From an uncultured Bacilli bacterium (lineage in GTDB: Bacteria > Bacillota_I > Bacilli_A > RF39 > UBA660): a DNA stretch of 64,000 bases. Shown here in pieces: positions 1 to 9,030 of the stretch (position 1 is the first letter of the stretch; every line of letters begins with the position of its first letter). The notes below the pieces were generated by a model that had not been told where the DNA came from, did no database searches, and was given only the letters and a program-made list of their open reading frames with translations. The DNA lies in NCBI GenBank assembly GCA_947629165.1, contig CANRCR010000001.1, forward strand, positions 86,246 through 150,245, given 5' to 3'. The translations under genes and the position numbers were made by a program.

Positions 1-704
1 GCATCGATGAAAAAGGAATTTTTTATAATCCCGCTTCGCAAGAAGTGCGGGATTTGGTAGTGGCAGGGGTGGAAGAAATTTTAAAAAATTATGATGTCGA
101 TGGTATTCTTTTCGATGATTATTTTTATCCGGATGCTTCGATTGATTTAGATAATTATCAAGATTATGTAGCTTCGGGAGGTAATCTTTCTTTGACAGAT
201 TATCGCCTCGATCAAGTTAATCAGTTAGTTCGGGCAGTTTATGAAATGGTTCATTCTTATCATAAGGTTTTTAGTATCAGTCCCGAAGGAAACATAGATA
301 ACAATTATGAAATAAACTATGCAGATACTAAACGATGGATGCAAGAAGATGGGTATATTGATTACATTATTCCACAAATATATTTTGGGTTTGATAACGA
401 ACGAAAACCTTTTTATGAAACGGTACGAGAATGGAATAATATGATTACAAATGATTCCGTTCAATTGCTTCCGGCCTTGGCTTTTTATAAAGCGGGAACG
501 GAAGATTATTATGCTTTACAAGGTTCTAAAGAGTGGCAATTACATCAAGATATTATTCGAAGACAGATTATTACTTCCCGTGCTGTTAGCCATTATAAAG
601 GCTTTGCTTTGTTTCGATACGAGTATGTTTTTGGAACTCGTTATGAAAATGATTCGGTTTTAAAAGAACGTGAAGCACTTGTCTCTTTATTACAACTCCC
701 ATAA
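1..704 (+). CDS. Glycosyl-hydrolase-like 10 (GHL10/YngK-type) family protein, C-terminal part; 5' end lies outside the window
   Basis: The reading frame is open from the window edge. The motif DGILFDDYFYP and the overall composition match the GHL10 family (B. subtilis YngK-like lipoproteins). Confidence 0.55.
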   Translation, partial: IDEKGIFYNPASQEVRDLVVAGVEEILKNYDVDGILFDDYFYPDASIDLDNYQDYVASGGNLSLTDYRLDQVNQLVRAVYEMVHSYHKVFSISPEGNIDNNYEINYADTKRWMQEDGYIDYIIPQIYFGFDNERKPFYETVREWNNMITNDSVQLLPALAFYKAGTEDYYALQGSKEWQLHQDIIRRQIITSRAVSHYKGFALFRYEYVFGTRYENDSVLKEREALVSLLQLP

Positions 705-762
705 TTCTTGACATTTTTAACTTTTTATGTTATAATGTTGACAATTTAAAGGGGGTGGCATC

Positions 763-1623
763 ATGAATTTACCAGAATATTATAATAGTGAAAAAATGAG
801 TCAAGAAGAAGCGTTTGAATGTATTGAATTCCTTTTTGATGGATATAAGACGCGCCGTCGTAAAAAAGATCTTTATCACCCGAACGATCCTGTTCCTCGG
901 ATGATTATTGGAACGTATTATCGTTTTATTGAAAATCCGGATTTTGATGAAATTTTCGATTCATTTAAGAAAAATTATATTACCAATGAAAGTAGACTTG
1001 AAGAAGTGACTACGATTAAGGAAAGACAAGGATTAGGAGTTGTTTACGATTATATTCGGTCGTTTGATGTAAATTCATCGATGAATGTTTACACTTTATT
1101 AAAATTACATCAATTACTTTTTTCGAAAGCGCCTCATCCTGAATGTGCGGGATCTTTACGTACTTACGATGTTTATTTACCGAATACGGGTATTACTGTT
1201 CCGACGTGGACAGATGTTCCGAAAATGATGCAACAATTATATTTCGATTCGCTTCCACTTTTCCAAGAAGGAAAATACATTCGTGAAAGTAAAGATATGA
1301 GTCATTTGATTCCTTATATTGATCATTGTATCGAATTAAACTGTAAACTAATCCAAATACAACCTTTTATAGATGGAAATAAACGAACTAGTCGTGCATT
1401 AATGAATTTGATGTTTAAAACAGTTAATATTCCACCGGTTTATGTAAAGATTAGTGAAGCGGAAGAGTATGGACGAGCAATGAATAAGGCCATCAATGAA
1501 CAAGATTATACGGATATTAAAACCTTTTATTACTATAAAATATGCGATTCTATTTATGAACTTGGTGTTAAACCTAAAAAGAATATGGCGTCTACCGATC
1601 CTGCTAAAGTGATAAAAAAGTAA
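763..1623 (+). CDS. Fic/Doc family protein (putative AMPylase/toxin-type)
   Basis: Fic core motif HPFIDGNKRTSRAL, a variant of HxFx(D/E)GNGRxxR. It has its own promoter-like sequence and an RBS (aagggggtg) upstream. Confidence 0.75.
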   Translation: MNLPEYYNSEKMSQEEAFECIEFLFDGYKTRRRKKDLYHPNDPVPRMIIGTYYRFIENPDFDEIFDSFKKNYITNESRLEEVTTIKERQGLGVVYDYIRSFDVNSSMNVYTLLKLHQLLFSKAPHPECAGSLRTYDVYLPNTGITVPTWTDVPKMMQQLYFDSLPLFQEGKYIRESKDMSHLIPYIDHCIELNCKLIQIQPFIDGNKRTSRALMNLMFKTVNIPPVYVKISEAEEYGRAMNKAINEQDYTDIKTFYYYKICDSIYELGVKPKKNMASTDPAKVIKK

Positions 1624-1701
1624 ATTAAAAAAAGAAATTCTATCTTAGGACTTCCTTTTTTTTTGGTTTTCAGTTATAATTGTTAATAGTAGGAGGTCAA
1701 T

Positions 1702-2235
1702 ATGAAAGATAAGAGAGGATTTACATTAGTTGAACTTTTGGCAGTACTCGTTGTTTTGGGAATCATTATGTTAATTGCTGTTCCTAATGTATTATCGACG
1801 ATGGATAATAATAAGAAAGAAATTTATATTACGGATGCAGGTAAGATGGTTACAATGGCGGAATACGCTATTCGATCGAATACGGATATTGCTTTACCAA
1901 CGGCCACTGAAATATTAATTCTTCCTTTATCAACCATTAACAATGGGGACTTGGAAGAAGATCCTGAAGGACGTACTTATTCACCTACCGACTCTTATGT
2001 TGCTATTATGAAGAATAATGGATTTGATGAGTATTGGGTGAATTTGGTTGGCGAAGAAGGAACGAGAAATCGTGGTATTCGTCTTACCAAATACGATGAT
2101 TTAAAAAAATCAGATCGTTTGAATCGCGTAGTTCTTGACATGAATGTTATAAAGACGACAAATACGGGTGGTATTGCACAAACCATGTGTGGTACTACTA
2201 GTTGTAAAACAGTTCGTGTTTATGCTTCAAAATAG
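1702..2235 (+). CDS. Prepilin-type N-terminal cleavage/methylation domain protein (type IV pilin / ComG-like pseudopilin) 1
   Basis: N-terminus MKDKRGFTLVELLAVLVVLGIIMLIAVP is a class III signal (G|FTLxE plus a hydrophobic helix). RBS taggaggt upstream. Confidence 0.8.
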   Translation: MKDKRGFTLVELLAVLVVLGIIMLIAVPNVLSTMDNNKKEIYITDAGKMVTMAEYAIRSNTDIALPTATEILILPLSTINNGDLEEDPEGRTYSPTDSYVAIMKNNGFDEYWVNLVGEEGTRNRGIRLTKYDDLKKSDRLNRVVLDMNVIKTTNTGGIAQTMCGTTSCKTVRVYASK

Positions 2236-2248
2236 GGGGGTATCTGTT

Positions 2249-2800
2249 ATGAAAAAGAAGAATGGTTTTACCTTAATTGAACTTTTGATTGTTGTAGTTA
2301 TTTTAGGTATTATGATTTTACTATCTACTTATATTCTTACGAATACCATCAATAATTCTCGAAAGGATTCTTTTATTCGAACCGTCGATAGTTATATAGC
2401 GCATGCGCGGACACAAATGTATTCGACAACTTATCCGATGCCTTTTAACCCGGATACGGCTGTTATTGTAAGTTTGCGTAGTCTCGATTTGGATGGACAA
2501 GATTCTGCTACTGCCAAATCGCCTTATGATGAACTTTGGGATATGGACGAAACATATACGGCAGCATATGTCGTTATTCACAACTACAATACGGCGGCTA
2601 ATCCACAGTGGACTTACTACTTTATTGCAAGAGATAAAGGCGGAAATTGTATTGAAATGACCGAAGAGGGACAAGCTACTAGAGAGAAGATTACGGTTGG
2701 TTGTGATATTCCTATTATTACTGCTGATTCTAAGACGTTATATATCCCTAATGAAGATAAAGAAGTACAGTTGACACCTAATTACATATTTTTGCGATAA
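2249..2800 (+). CDS. Prepilin-type N-terminal cleavage/methylation domain protein 2 (paralog of pilin 3)
   Basis: MKKKNGFTLIELLIVVVILGIMILL. I re-assigned the start to the ATG at 2249 behind RBS gggggg; the ORF-track start at 2168 overlaps the upstream gene. The C-terminal domain is paralogous to the 2867 protein (VVSLRSLDLDG...YVVI.N..TAA.P...YYF.A.D..GNCI). Confidence 0.8.
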   Translation: MKKKNGFTLIELLIVVVILGIMILLSTYILTNTINNSRKDSFIRTVDSYIAHARTQMYSTTYPMPFNPDTAVIVSLRSLDLDGQDSATAKSPYDELWDMDETYTAAYVVIHNYNTAANPQWTYYFIARDKGGNCIEMTEEGQATREKITVGCDIPIITADSKTLYIPNEDKEVQLTPNYIFLR

Positions 2801-2866
2801 GTTGTGTAAAATTGGTTGACCTTAAAAAGAATATATGATAATTTTAAATTAGAAGGAGAATGAAAT

Positions 2867-3457
2867 ATGAAAAAGAATTTAAACAAAAAAGGTTTTACTT
2901 TAGTTGAATTACTTGCTGTTATCGTTATTTTAGGTATTATTATGTTAATTGCTATTCCAAGTATTGCAGGAATTATTACCAATGCTCGGAAAGACTCATT
3001 TGTACAATCAATGGGACAATACATCAAAGCTGTTCACACAATGGATATTTCTCAAACTGTAGAAAGACAATACGATCCTACAAAGGCTACGGTTGTTAGT
3101 TTGAGAGCGGTTGACTTGGATAACAAAGAAGGAGATAAAGCTACATCGACATTTGGTGCTGCTTGGGATGCTTCCGATACTGAAACAAGAGCTTATGTAG
3201 TTATTTGGAACCGTCGTACTGCTGCTGACCCGGATTTCAAATATTACTTTGCTGCAGCCGATATGGCTGGTAACTGCATCGCTTTAACACTTGAAGGTGA
3301 TGCTGAACGTACAGATATTCAAACTGGTTGTACGATTACTCCAATTAATGAAAATACTTCGACATTAACAATTAATGTAGATGGCTCGGAATCAAAAACG
3401 GTAAACCTTGACAAAGATCATATCTATTTAACAAGAGCTTCTTATGGAAATGAATAA
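2867..3457 (+). CDS. Prepilin-type N-terminal cleavage/methylation domain protein 3
   Basis: MKKNLNKKGFTLVELLAVIVILGIIMLIAIP. Own promoter (ttgacc..17..tatgataat) and RBS aggagaa. A terminator hairpin follows. Confidence 0.8.
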   Translation: MKKNLNKKGFTLVELLAVIVILGIIMLIAIPSIAGIITNARKDSFVQSMGQYIKAVHTMDISQTVERQYDPTKATVVSLRAVDLDNKEGDKATSTFGAAWDASDTETRAYVVIWNRRTAADPDFKYYFAAADMAGNCIALTLEGDAERTDIQTGCTITPINENTSTLTINVDGSESKTVNLDKDHIYLTRASYGNE

Positions 3458-3484
3458 TTTTTAGAGAAGATAATTAAGTAATCT

Positions 3485-3518
3485 AAAGATTAAAACAAAA
3501 AGTTTTGATCTTTTTTTG
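3485..3518 (+). terminator. Rho-independent terminator after the pilin trio
   Basis: Imperfect hairpin agattaaaac/gttttgatct followed by a T-run. Confidence 0.5.
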
Positions 3519-3576
3519 TAAATGTGCTTCAACAGTCTCTTTCTTTTTAGTATAATTAATTTGAAGGAGTGATATT

Positions 3577-4470
3577 ATGTTAATCATTGGTTCACACGTT
3601 TCCTTTGGGAAAGATAAGCAATTGTTAGGAAGTGTTGAAGAGGCCCTTTCTTACGGAAGTAACACTTTTATGTTTTATACGGGTGCTCCTCAAAATACAG
3701 TTCGTTATCCACTTTCGGATACATTAAAAAAGGAAGCTCTAGAAAAAATGACTGAAGCAGGAATTGATTTTCATAATGTCGTTGTTCATGCTCCTTATAT
3801 TATCAATTTAGCTAATCCAGATCCTTCGAAATACGATTTTTCAGTTCGTTTTTTAGAAGAAGAGATAAAACGTTGTGATTTTTTAGGCATTTCGCGTATG
3901 GTTCTTCATTCGGGAAGTCATGTGGGAGTTTCGTTAGATATTGGGATTAAATCCATTATTCAAGGTTTAAATCAGTTATTATCGACTGATTCAAAAGTGA
4001 TGATTCTTCTAGAGACCATGGCTGGAAAAGGGAATGAAGTTGGTCGTACACTCGAAGAAGTAAAACAAATAATTGATGGCGTTCAAAATAAAGAACGTAT
4101 CGGTGTTTGTATCGACACTTGTCATTTGAATGATGCAGGATACGATTTGTCCGATTTTGATGCTTTTTTAAATTTATTCGATCAAATAATTGGTCTTTCT
4201 TACATTCAATGTGTTCATGTAAACGATAGTAAGAACGAACGAGGAAGTCATAAGGATCGTCATGAAAATATTGGCTTTGGAACGATTGGTTTTGATACCT
4301 TACAATCAATTATTTATCATCCGGCTTTAGAAAAGGTTCCTAAAATTTTAGAAACGCCGTATGTAGATCGTCTTTTTCCTCCTTACAAAGAAGAAATTCA
4401 GATGATTCGAAATCGAAATTTTGATCCGGATTTAATTGAAAAAATACGAATTACAAAAACCGACGAATAA
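3577..4470 (+). CDS. nfo: Endonuclease IV (deoxyribonuclease IV, AP endonuclease family 2)
   Basis: 297 aa, MLIIGSHVSF..., HAPYIINLANPD, metal-binding His/Asp/Glu pattern typical of Nfo. RBS gaaggagtg. Confidence 0.85.
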   Translation: MLIIGSHVSFGKDKQLLGSVEEALSYGSNTFMFYTGAPQNTVRYPLSDTLKKEALEKMTEAGIDFHNVVVHAPYIINLANPDPSKYDFSVRFLEEEIKRCDFLGISRMVLHSGSHVGVSLDIGIKSIIQGLNQLLSTDSKVMILLETMAGKGNEVGRTLEEVKQIIDGVQNKERIGVCIDTCHLNDAGYDLSDFDAFLNLFDQIIGLSYIQCVHVNDSKNERGSHKDRHENIGFGTIGFDTLQSIIYHPALEKVPKILETPYVDRLFPPYKEEIQMIRNRNFDPDLIEKIRITKTDE

Positions 4471-4516
4471 TTATTTTCATTCTATTTTGAATGTGTTACA
4501 ATGAATATAGGAGGTT

Positions 4517-5149
4517 TTGTGTATGTTATGGTTAATGAAAGATAATCAAAATGTTTTACAAGGGAATCGTATTACGGTTACGAATTTAACAGGAGCTAAA
4601 AAATTAAATGAAATATTGAATGAGAACTACCATTTGGTTCGTTCTAGTTATTATAAAACAATTGCTACAGCTAATCCTGGGAAGGATTATTTAGTTATTG
4701 ATACCGAAGTGGGAACGCATCGCTTTTATTTGATGAATACAACAGCTGTTTCGAATCGAATTCTTCGCTCGGCGCTCGGTTTAAGAGAGAAGGGCGATAG
4801 TGCACTTATCTCTTTTATGGATTTATTCCCTCGAAGAGAGGAACATTTTAAATTAGCACAGTCTTTATTCGAGCAATTACCCTTTGCTGATTACGAAGCA
4901 ACGATTTCATCGATGATGCCTGATTTTGATTGCTTTTATCGTCAAGTTTTACCAGTTGTTTCATTTGAGGAAAAAAGTTCTTACGATCTCGATTATTTAA
5001 AACAATTGGAATTACAAGCAAAAGCGGATGAAATTCCCCTTAAATTTGATCATCTTTTTGAAAAAGAAGCCGTGGCTCGGTCGAATCAGGCGGTTTATGA
5101 TTTTACCCAAAAGGTACTTACCAAGAAAAAGGAAACTACGGAAGCGTAG
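4517..5149 (+). CDS. Hypothetical protein (tandem paralog A)
   Basis: 210 aa ORF with RBS taggaggtt. It shares a motif (FPDF.CFYRQV.P) with the next gene. Confidence 0.5.
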   Translation: MCMLWLMKDNQNVLQGNRITVTNLTGAKKLNEILNENYHLVRSSYYKTIATANPGKDYLVIDTEVGTHRFYLMNTTAVSNRILRSALGLREKGDSALISFMDLFPRREEHFKLAQSLFEQLPFADYEATISSMMPDFDCFYRQVLPVVSFEEKSSYDLDYLKQLELQAKADEIPLKFDHLFEKEAVARSNQAVYDFTQKVLTKKKETTEA

Positions 5150-5209
5150 TTTTTTCTTGTGCTTTTGGTCAAATTATGGTATAATTAGAACGTTTTAGGG
5201 GGTTATACC

Positions 5210-5668
5210 ATGATATTATTAGTGAATGATCAAGCTTTAACACACAACTATGTGTTAAGTAAGGATTTAGGAAAATTGAAATCTTGTCAAATTTTATGTG
5301 ATGACTATTCTTTTAGACTAAAACATAATGCTTCGATGGCGGTCGTCGAGGAAGCATTAAGTGTATCTTCTGGACTTTTTCGTAGAAAAATTAATTTTGA
5401 AGATATGATTCATCATAATATTTCGAATTTGTCTTTAATCGAAGATATGATTGAACATTTATCGACGGAACATTGTACTATTGCACTTTCTCGATTATTC
5501 CCTGACTTTAGTTATTTTTATCGAGAAGTGTATCCTTTTATTGAAATTCGTACCAACGATGTTTGTTCGTTCGATATTGCTCGACGAACTCATTCAAAAG
5601 ATCTTTCCATTGCCGAAACGAATTCCAAAGTATTGTCTTTAGTGGACCGTGCTTTTCAATTAAAATAA
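5210..5668 (+). CDS. Hypothetical protein (tandem paralog B)
   Basis: 152 aa, RBS tagggggtt. Motif FPDFSYFYREVYP parallels MPDFDCFYRQVLP of the upstream protein. Confidence 0.5.
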   Translation: MILLVNDQALTHNYVLSKDLGKLKSCQILCDDYSFRLKHNASMAVVEEALSVSSGLFRRKINFEDMIHHNISNLSLIEDMIEHLSTEHCTIALSRLFPDFSYFYREVYPFIEIRTNDVCSFDIARRTHSKDLSIAETNSKVLSLVDRAFQLK

Positions 5669-5700
5669 AAATTACGGATGATTATCCGTAATTTTATTTT
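5667..5700. terminator. Bidirectional rho-independent terminator between convergent genes
   Basis: Perfect hairpin aaaattacggatgattatccgtaatttt flanked by an A-run and a T-run. Confidence 0.7.
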
Positions 5701-5938
5701 GATATTCTTTCCATAAATCAATTCCTAATTGATAGGTGGCAGGCTCTAATTTTCCTTTTAACGCTGCAATAATGGACTCTGGATTTCCTTTATAAAAAAC
5801 TTTCCACTTTTTTTGCGCAGTGTCGAGTAGTAATTGTGCATCTTGCATACTTATTTGAACCCCTTTTTCTTTCGCATACTGGATAATGTCTTTTGTCGTT
5901 AAATTTTTTATATATTGACTGATTAGGTATTCGTACAT
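5672..5938 (-). CDS. Small hypothetical protein (88 aa)
   Basis: Intact ORF on the minus strand, convergent with paralog B. RBS aggagga (rev-comp tcctcct) immediately upstream of the ATG. Confidence 0.5.
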   Translation of the reverse strand: MYEYLISQYIKNLTTKDIIQYAKEKGVQISMQDAQLLLDTAQKKWKVFYKGNPESIIAALKGKLEPATYQLGIDLWKEYQNKITDNHP

Positions 5939-6008
5939 GATTTCCTCCTATCTTAAAATATGAGGATAATTTAAAGAAAATAACCGAAACTATAGATGAG
6001 GGATATAC

Positions 6009-8063
6009 ATGAAAAGAAAACGAAAGAAAAAGATACCATCTCGTTATGTTAAGTATCATTTTGAACGACGTTTTTTATTCGTTCAAATGCTTTTTCTTGG
6101 ACTTTTTTTACTTTTGAGTTTTTATCTTACGAAAATATTTGTTTTAGAAAAAGATTTTTATCAAGAAAAATTATTATCTTTGACAGATAAGATTGTTGAA
6201 GGAGAAAGTGCACCTCGTGGTAGAATATATGATCGCAATTATAAATTACTAGTAGATAATGTACAAGTTCCGACGATTTATTATCAGGATAGTAAGGATT
6301 ATAGTACTCAAGAAAAAATCAATCTTGCTTATCGATTAGGAGAGGTCATTGAGGTTCCTTTTGAAAAATTAGCATTAATTAATTTAAAAGAGTTTTTTTT
6401 AGCGGAGTATCCGAATGTTGGAAAAAGTAAAATCACAGAGGAAGAATGGAAAGCTTATGAAGAACGAAAATTATCTTCTCGCGATATTGAAAAATTAAAA
6501 ATCGAACGTATTACTTCCGACGATTTAGCAATTTATAATGATTCATCGAAGAAGGCGGCTTACTTTTATTATTATATGAATAAAGGCTATATTTATCAGA
6601 AAAAAACTTTAAAAACAAATGCTTCTGTAGAAGAGATTGCCTATCTTGCCGAACACAGTACGATGTTTGAAGGAATCAGTGTGGAACAAAACTGGGAAAG
6701 AGTTTATTATTACGGCGATACTTTTCGATCGATTTTAGGAACGGTTTCCAGTTCTTTTCAAGGATTACCGAGCGAGGAAGTAGCGATGTATCTTGAAAAA
6801 GGGTACGCCTTAAACGACCGCGTGGGGACTAGTTACTTAGAAAAGCAATACGAATCCTTACTTAAAGGAACCAAAGCGAAGTATCGTGTTACGAATAGTG
6901 ACGAGATGACGCTTATAGAAGAAGCCAAACGTGGAAAAGATATCGTGCTTACAATCGATATTGAATTACAGCAGGAAGTTGATCGCATTTTAAGTGAACA
7001 GTTAATCCGCGCTAAATCGGAGCCCAATACTGGTTACTTTAATCGCAGTTTTGTAGTTATTCAAGAACCGAATACCGGGGAGATTTTAGCAATGAGTGGG
7101 AAACAAGTTATAAAAGAGATGGACACTTGGGTAGTACGAGACTATACGCCGGGTATATTGACTTCTCCGATGACTCCTGGAAGTGTCGTCAAAGGGGCTA
7201 CCATGTTAGTAGGTTATAACACGGGTGTCCTTCAAATTGGAGAGGTCATGCAGGATGAATGTATTAAAATAGCGGGTACTCCTAAAAAATGTTCGCATGC
7301 TAATCTCGGCCGCATTAACGATATTATGGCACTTGCCCAATCTTCCAATGTTTATCAGTTTAAAATTGCGATGCGTGTTGCAGGAGCAACTTATCGTTAC
7401 AACCAACCTTTATATATTAATCCTGTCGCTTTTTCTATTTATCGTAAGACGTTAGGCGAGTTTGGATTAGGCGTAAAGACAGGAATCGATTTACCTGTTG
7501 AAAGTTTAGGTTATATCGGAACTAAAACGGATCCTGGGTTACTTTTAGATTTGTCGATGGGACAGTATGATACGTATACACCTATTCAATTATCGCAATA
7601 TATTACTACACTAGCGTCTAACGGGGTACGTTATCAACCACATCTTTTAAAAGAAGTTCATAGTTCTACTTCATCGAACGAATTAGGTGCATTAGAGCAA
7701 ACTTTTGTACCGGTTGTTTTAAATACGGTCACCACAGAAGAACGCTTTTTAAATCGTATCAAAGAAGGATTTCGAGCAGTGATGACGGTTGGTCTTGGAA
7801 AAGGAGTGATGGGAACGAGTCCCAATCCGGCCGGAAAAACGGGAACCAGTGAATCTTTTCTCGATACCGATGGAGATGGTGTTATCGATAGTGCATCGGT
7901 CAGTAACGCTTTCGTCGGGTTCGCCCCTTACGATCACCCTCGAATGACGATTACGGTTACTTCTCCCGATGTCGAAAAACCTTCTGGATATACTTATCAC
8001 AGTTATGTCAATCGTCGTATTGCCCGTGAAATATCGAGTCGTTTTTTTGAACTTTATCCTTAA
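6009..8063 (+). CDS. Class B penicillin-binding protein (transpeptidase, PBP2B/SpoVD-like)
   Basis: 684 aa. N-terminal membrane anchor. Transpeptidase motifs SVVK (SxxK), SSN and KTGT are all present in the correct order. Confidence 0.85.
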   Translation: MKRKRKKKIPSRYVKYHFERRFLFVQMLFLGLFLLLSFYLTKIFVLEKDFYQEKLLSLTDKIVEGESAPRGRIYDRNYKLLVDNVQVPTIYYQDSKDYSTQEKINLAYRLGEVIEVPFEKLALINLKEFFLAEYPNVGKSKITEEEWKAYEERKLSSRDIEKLKIERITSDDLAIYNDSSKKAAYFYYYMNKGYIYQKKTLKTNASVEEIAYLAEHSTMFEGISVEQNWERVYYYGDTFRSILGTVSSSFQGLPSEEVAMYLEKGYALNDRVGTSYLEKQYESLLKGTKAKYRVTNSDEMTLIEEAKRGKDIVLTIDIELQQEVDRILSEQLIRAKSEPNTGYFNRSFVVIQEPNTGEILAMSGKQVIKEMDTWVVRDYTPGILTSPMTPGSVVKGATMLVGYNTGVLQIGEVMQDECIKIAGTPKKCSHANLGRINDIMALAQSSNVYQFKIAMRVAGATYRYNQPLYINPVAFSIYRKTLGEFGLGVKTGIDLPVESLGYIGTKTDPGLLLDLSMGQYDTYTPIQLSQYITTLASNGVRYQPHLLKEVHSSTSSNELGALEQTFVPVVLNTVTTEERFLNRIKEGFRAVMTVGLGKGVMGTSPNPAGKTGTSESFLDTDGDGVIDSASVSNAFVGFAPYDHPRMTITVTSPDVEKPSGYTYHSYVNRRIAREISSRFFELYP

Positions 8064-8189
8064 GAAATACTCGAAAATAAGCAAAAATTGAGAATAGGGT
8101 TGCAAAACACCGGTAAATATGATAAAATTCTTTTGCAATTGGAGGAGAAACTCTGATATAATAGAAAAAGGAAATGAGGAGGGAAGACC

Positions 8190-8354
8190 ATGGCAAAAGT
8201 AGGAAATAGACAATTAAAAACACTTGTTTGTTCCGTTTGTAACAACGAAAATTATCGTACTGAAAAAAATGTTAGAAACACGACTGACCGTTTAACGCTC
8301 AATAAATATTGTCCTGTTTGCAAAAAACATACAGAACACAAGGAAAAGAAATAA
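8190..8354 (+). CDS. rpmG: 50S ribosomal protein L33
   Basis: 54-aa ORF, below the ORF-track cutoff: [54 protein letters not shown]. It has the CxxC...CxxC zinc ribbon, and the '(D/E)RLxLxKYCP' segment is typical of L33. Promoter TTGCAA-17-TATAAT and RBS gaggaggg upstream. Confidence 0.85.
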   Translation: MAKVGNRQLKTLVCSVCNNENYRTEKNVRNTTDRLTLNKYCPVCKKHTEHKEKK

Positions 8355-8383
8355 AATAGTATAGAAAGGGCGTGTAAGCCATG

Positions 8384-8941
8384 ATGATCAGTGTTAATGA
8401 TTTTAAAACAGGAATGACCATTATTTATGAAGATGCCATTTATCAAGTATTGGAATTCCAACATGTAAAACCTGGAAAAGGTGCTGCATTTGTAAAAGCA
8501 AAATTACGTAATTTAAGAACAGGTTCTATTATTGAAAAAACTTTTAATTCTTCTGTTCGTGTTGAACAGGCTAGAATTGAAAAAAGAGATATGCAATTTT
8601 TATATTCACAAGGCGATTCTTATTTCTTTATGAATATGGAAACTTACGATCAAGTTGAACTTACTGAAAAACAATTAGGTGATGAGATTAAGTTCTTAAA
8701 AGAAAATTTAATCGTTACTATTTCTTTCTACGAAGGAGAAGTTTTAGGACTTATTTTACCGGATAAAATTGAGATGAAGATCGTACATTCGGAACCTGCA
8801 GTAAAAGGAAATACTTCAAGTGGAGCGATGAAAGATGCGACGCTTGAAACTGGAATGGTTATTAAAGTTCCATTGTTTGTCGAAGAAGGAGAAACCGTTG
8901 TTATCTCTACTTCGGATGGAAAATATGTATCTCGTGCATAA
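8384..8941 (+). CDS. efp: Elongation factor P
   Basis: MISVNDFKTGMTI...KPGKGAAFVKAKLRNL matches EF-P, including the conserved Lys loop (PGKG). The start is chosen at the second Met. Confidence 0.9.
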   Translation: MISVNDFKTGMTIIYEDAIYQVLEFQHVKPGKGAAFVKAKLRNLRTGSIIEKTFNSSVRVEQARIEKRDMQFLYSQGDSYFFMNMETYDQVELTEKQLGDEIKFLKENLIVTISFYEGEVLGLILPDKIEMKIVHSEPAVKGNTSSGAMKDATLETGMVIKVPLFVEEGETVVISTSDGKYVSRA

Positions 8942-8942
8942 G

Positions 8943-8966
8943 AAGTAATTTACTTCTTTTTTCTTT
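8943..8966 (+). terminator. Rho-independent terminator after efp
   Basis: Hairpin gaagtaatttacttc followed by a T-run. Confidence 0.6.
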
Positions 8967-9030
8967 GCCCAAAAAAATGTCATATCTTTTTTCTTCGTTC
9001 ATATAGTGTATTAGAAATGAGGGAAAATGA

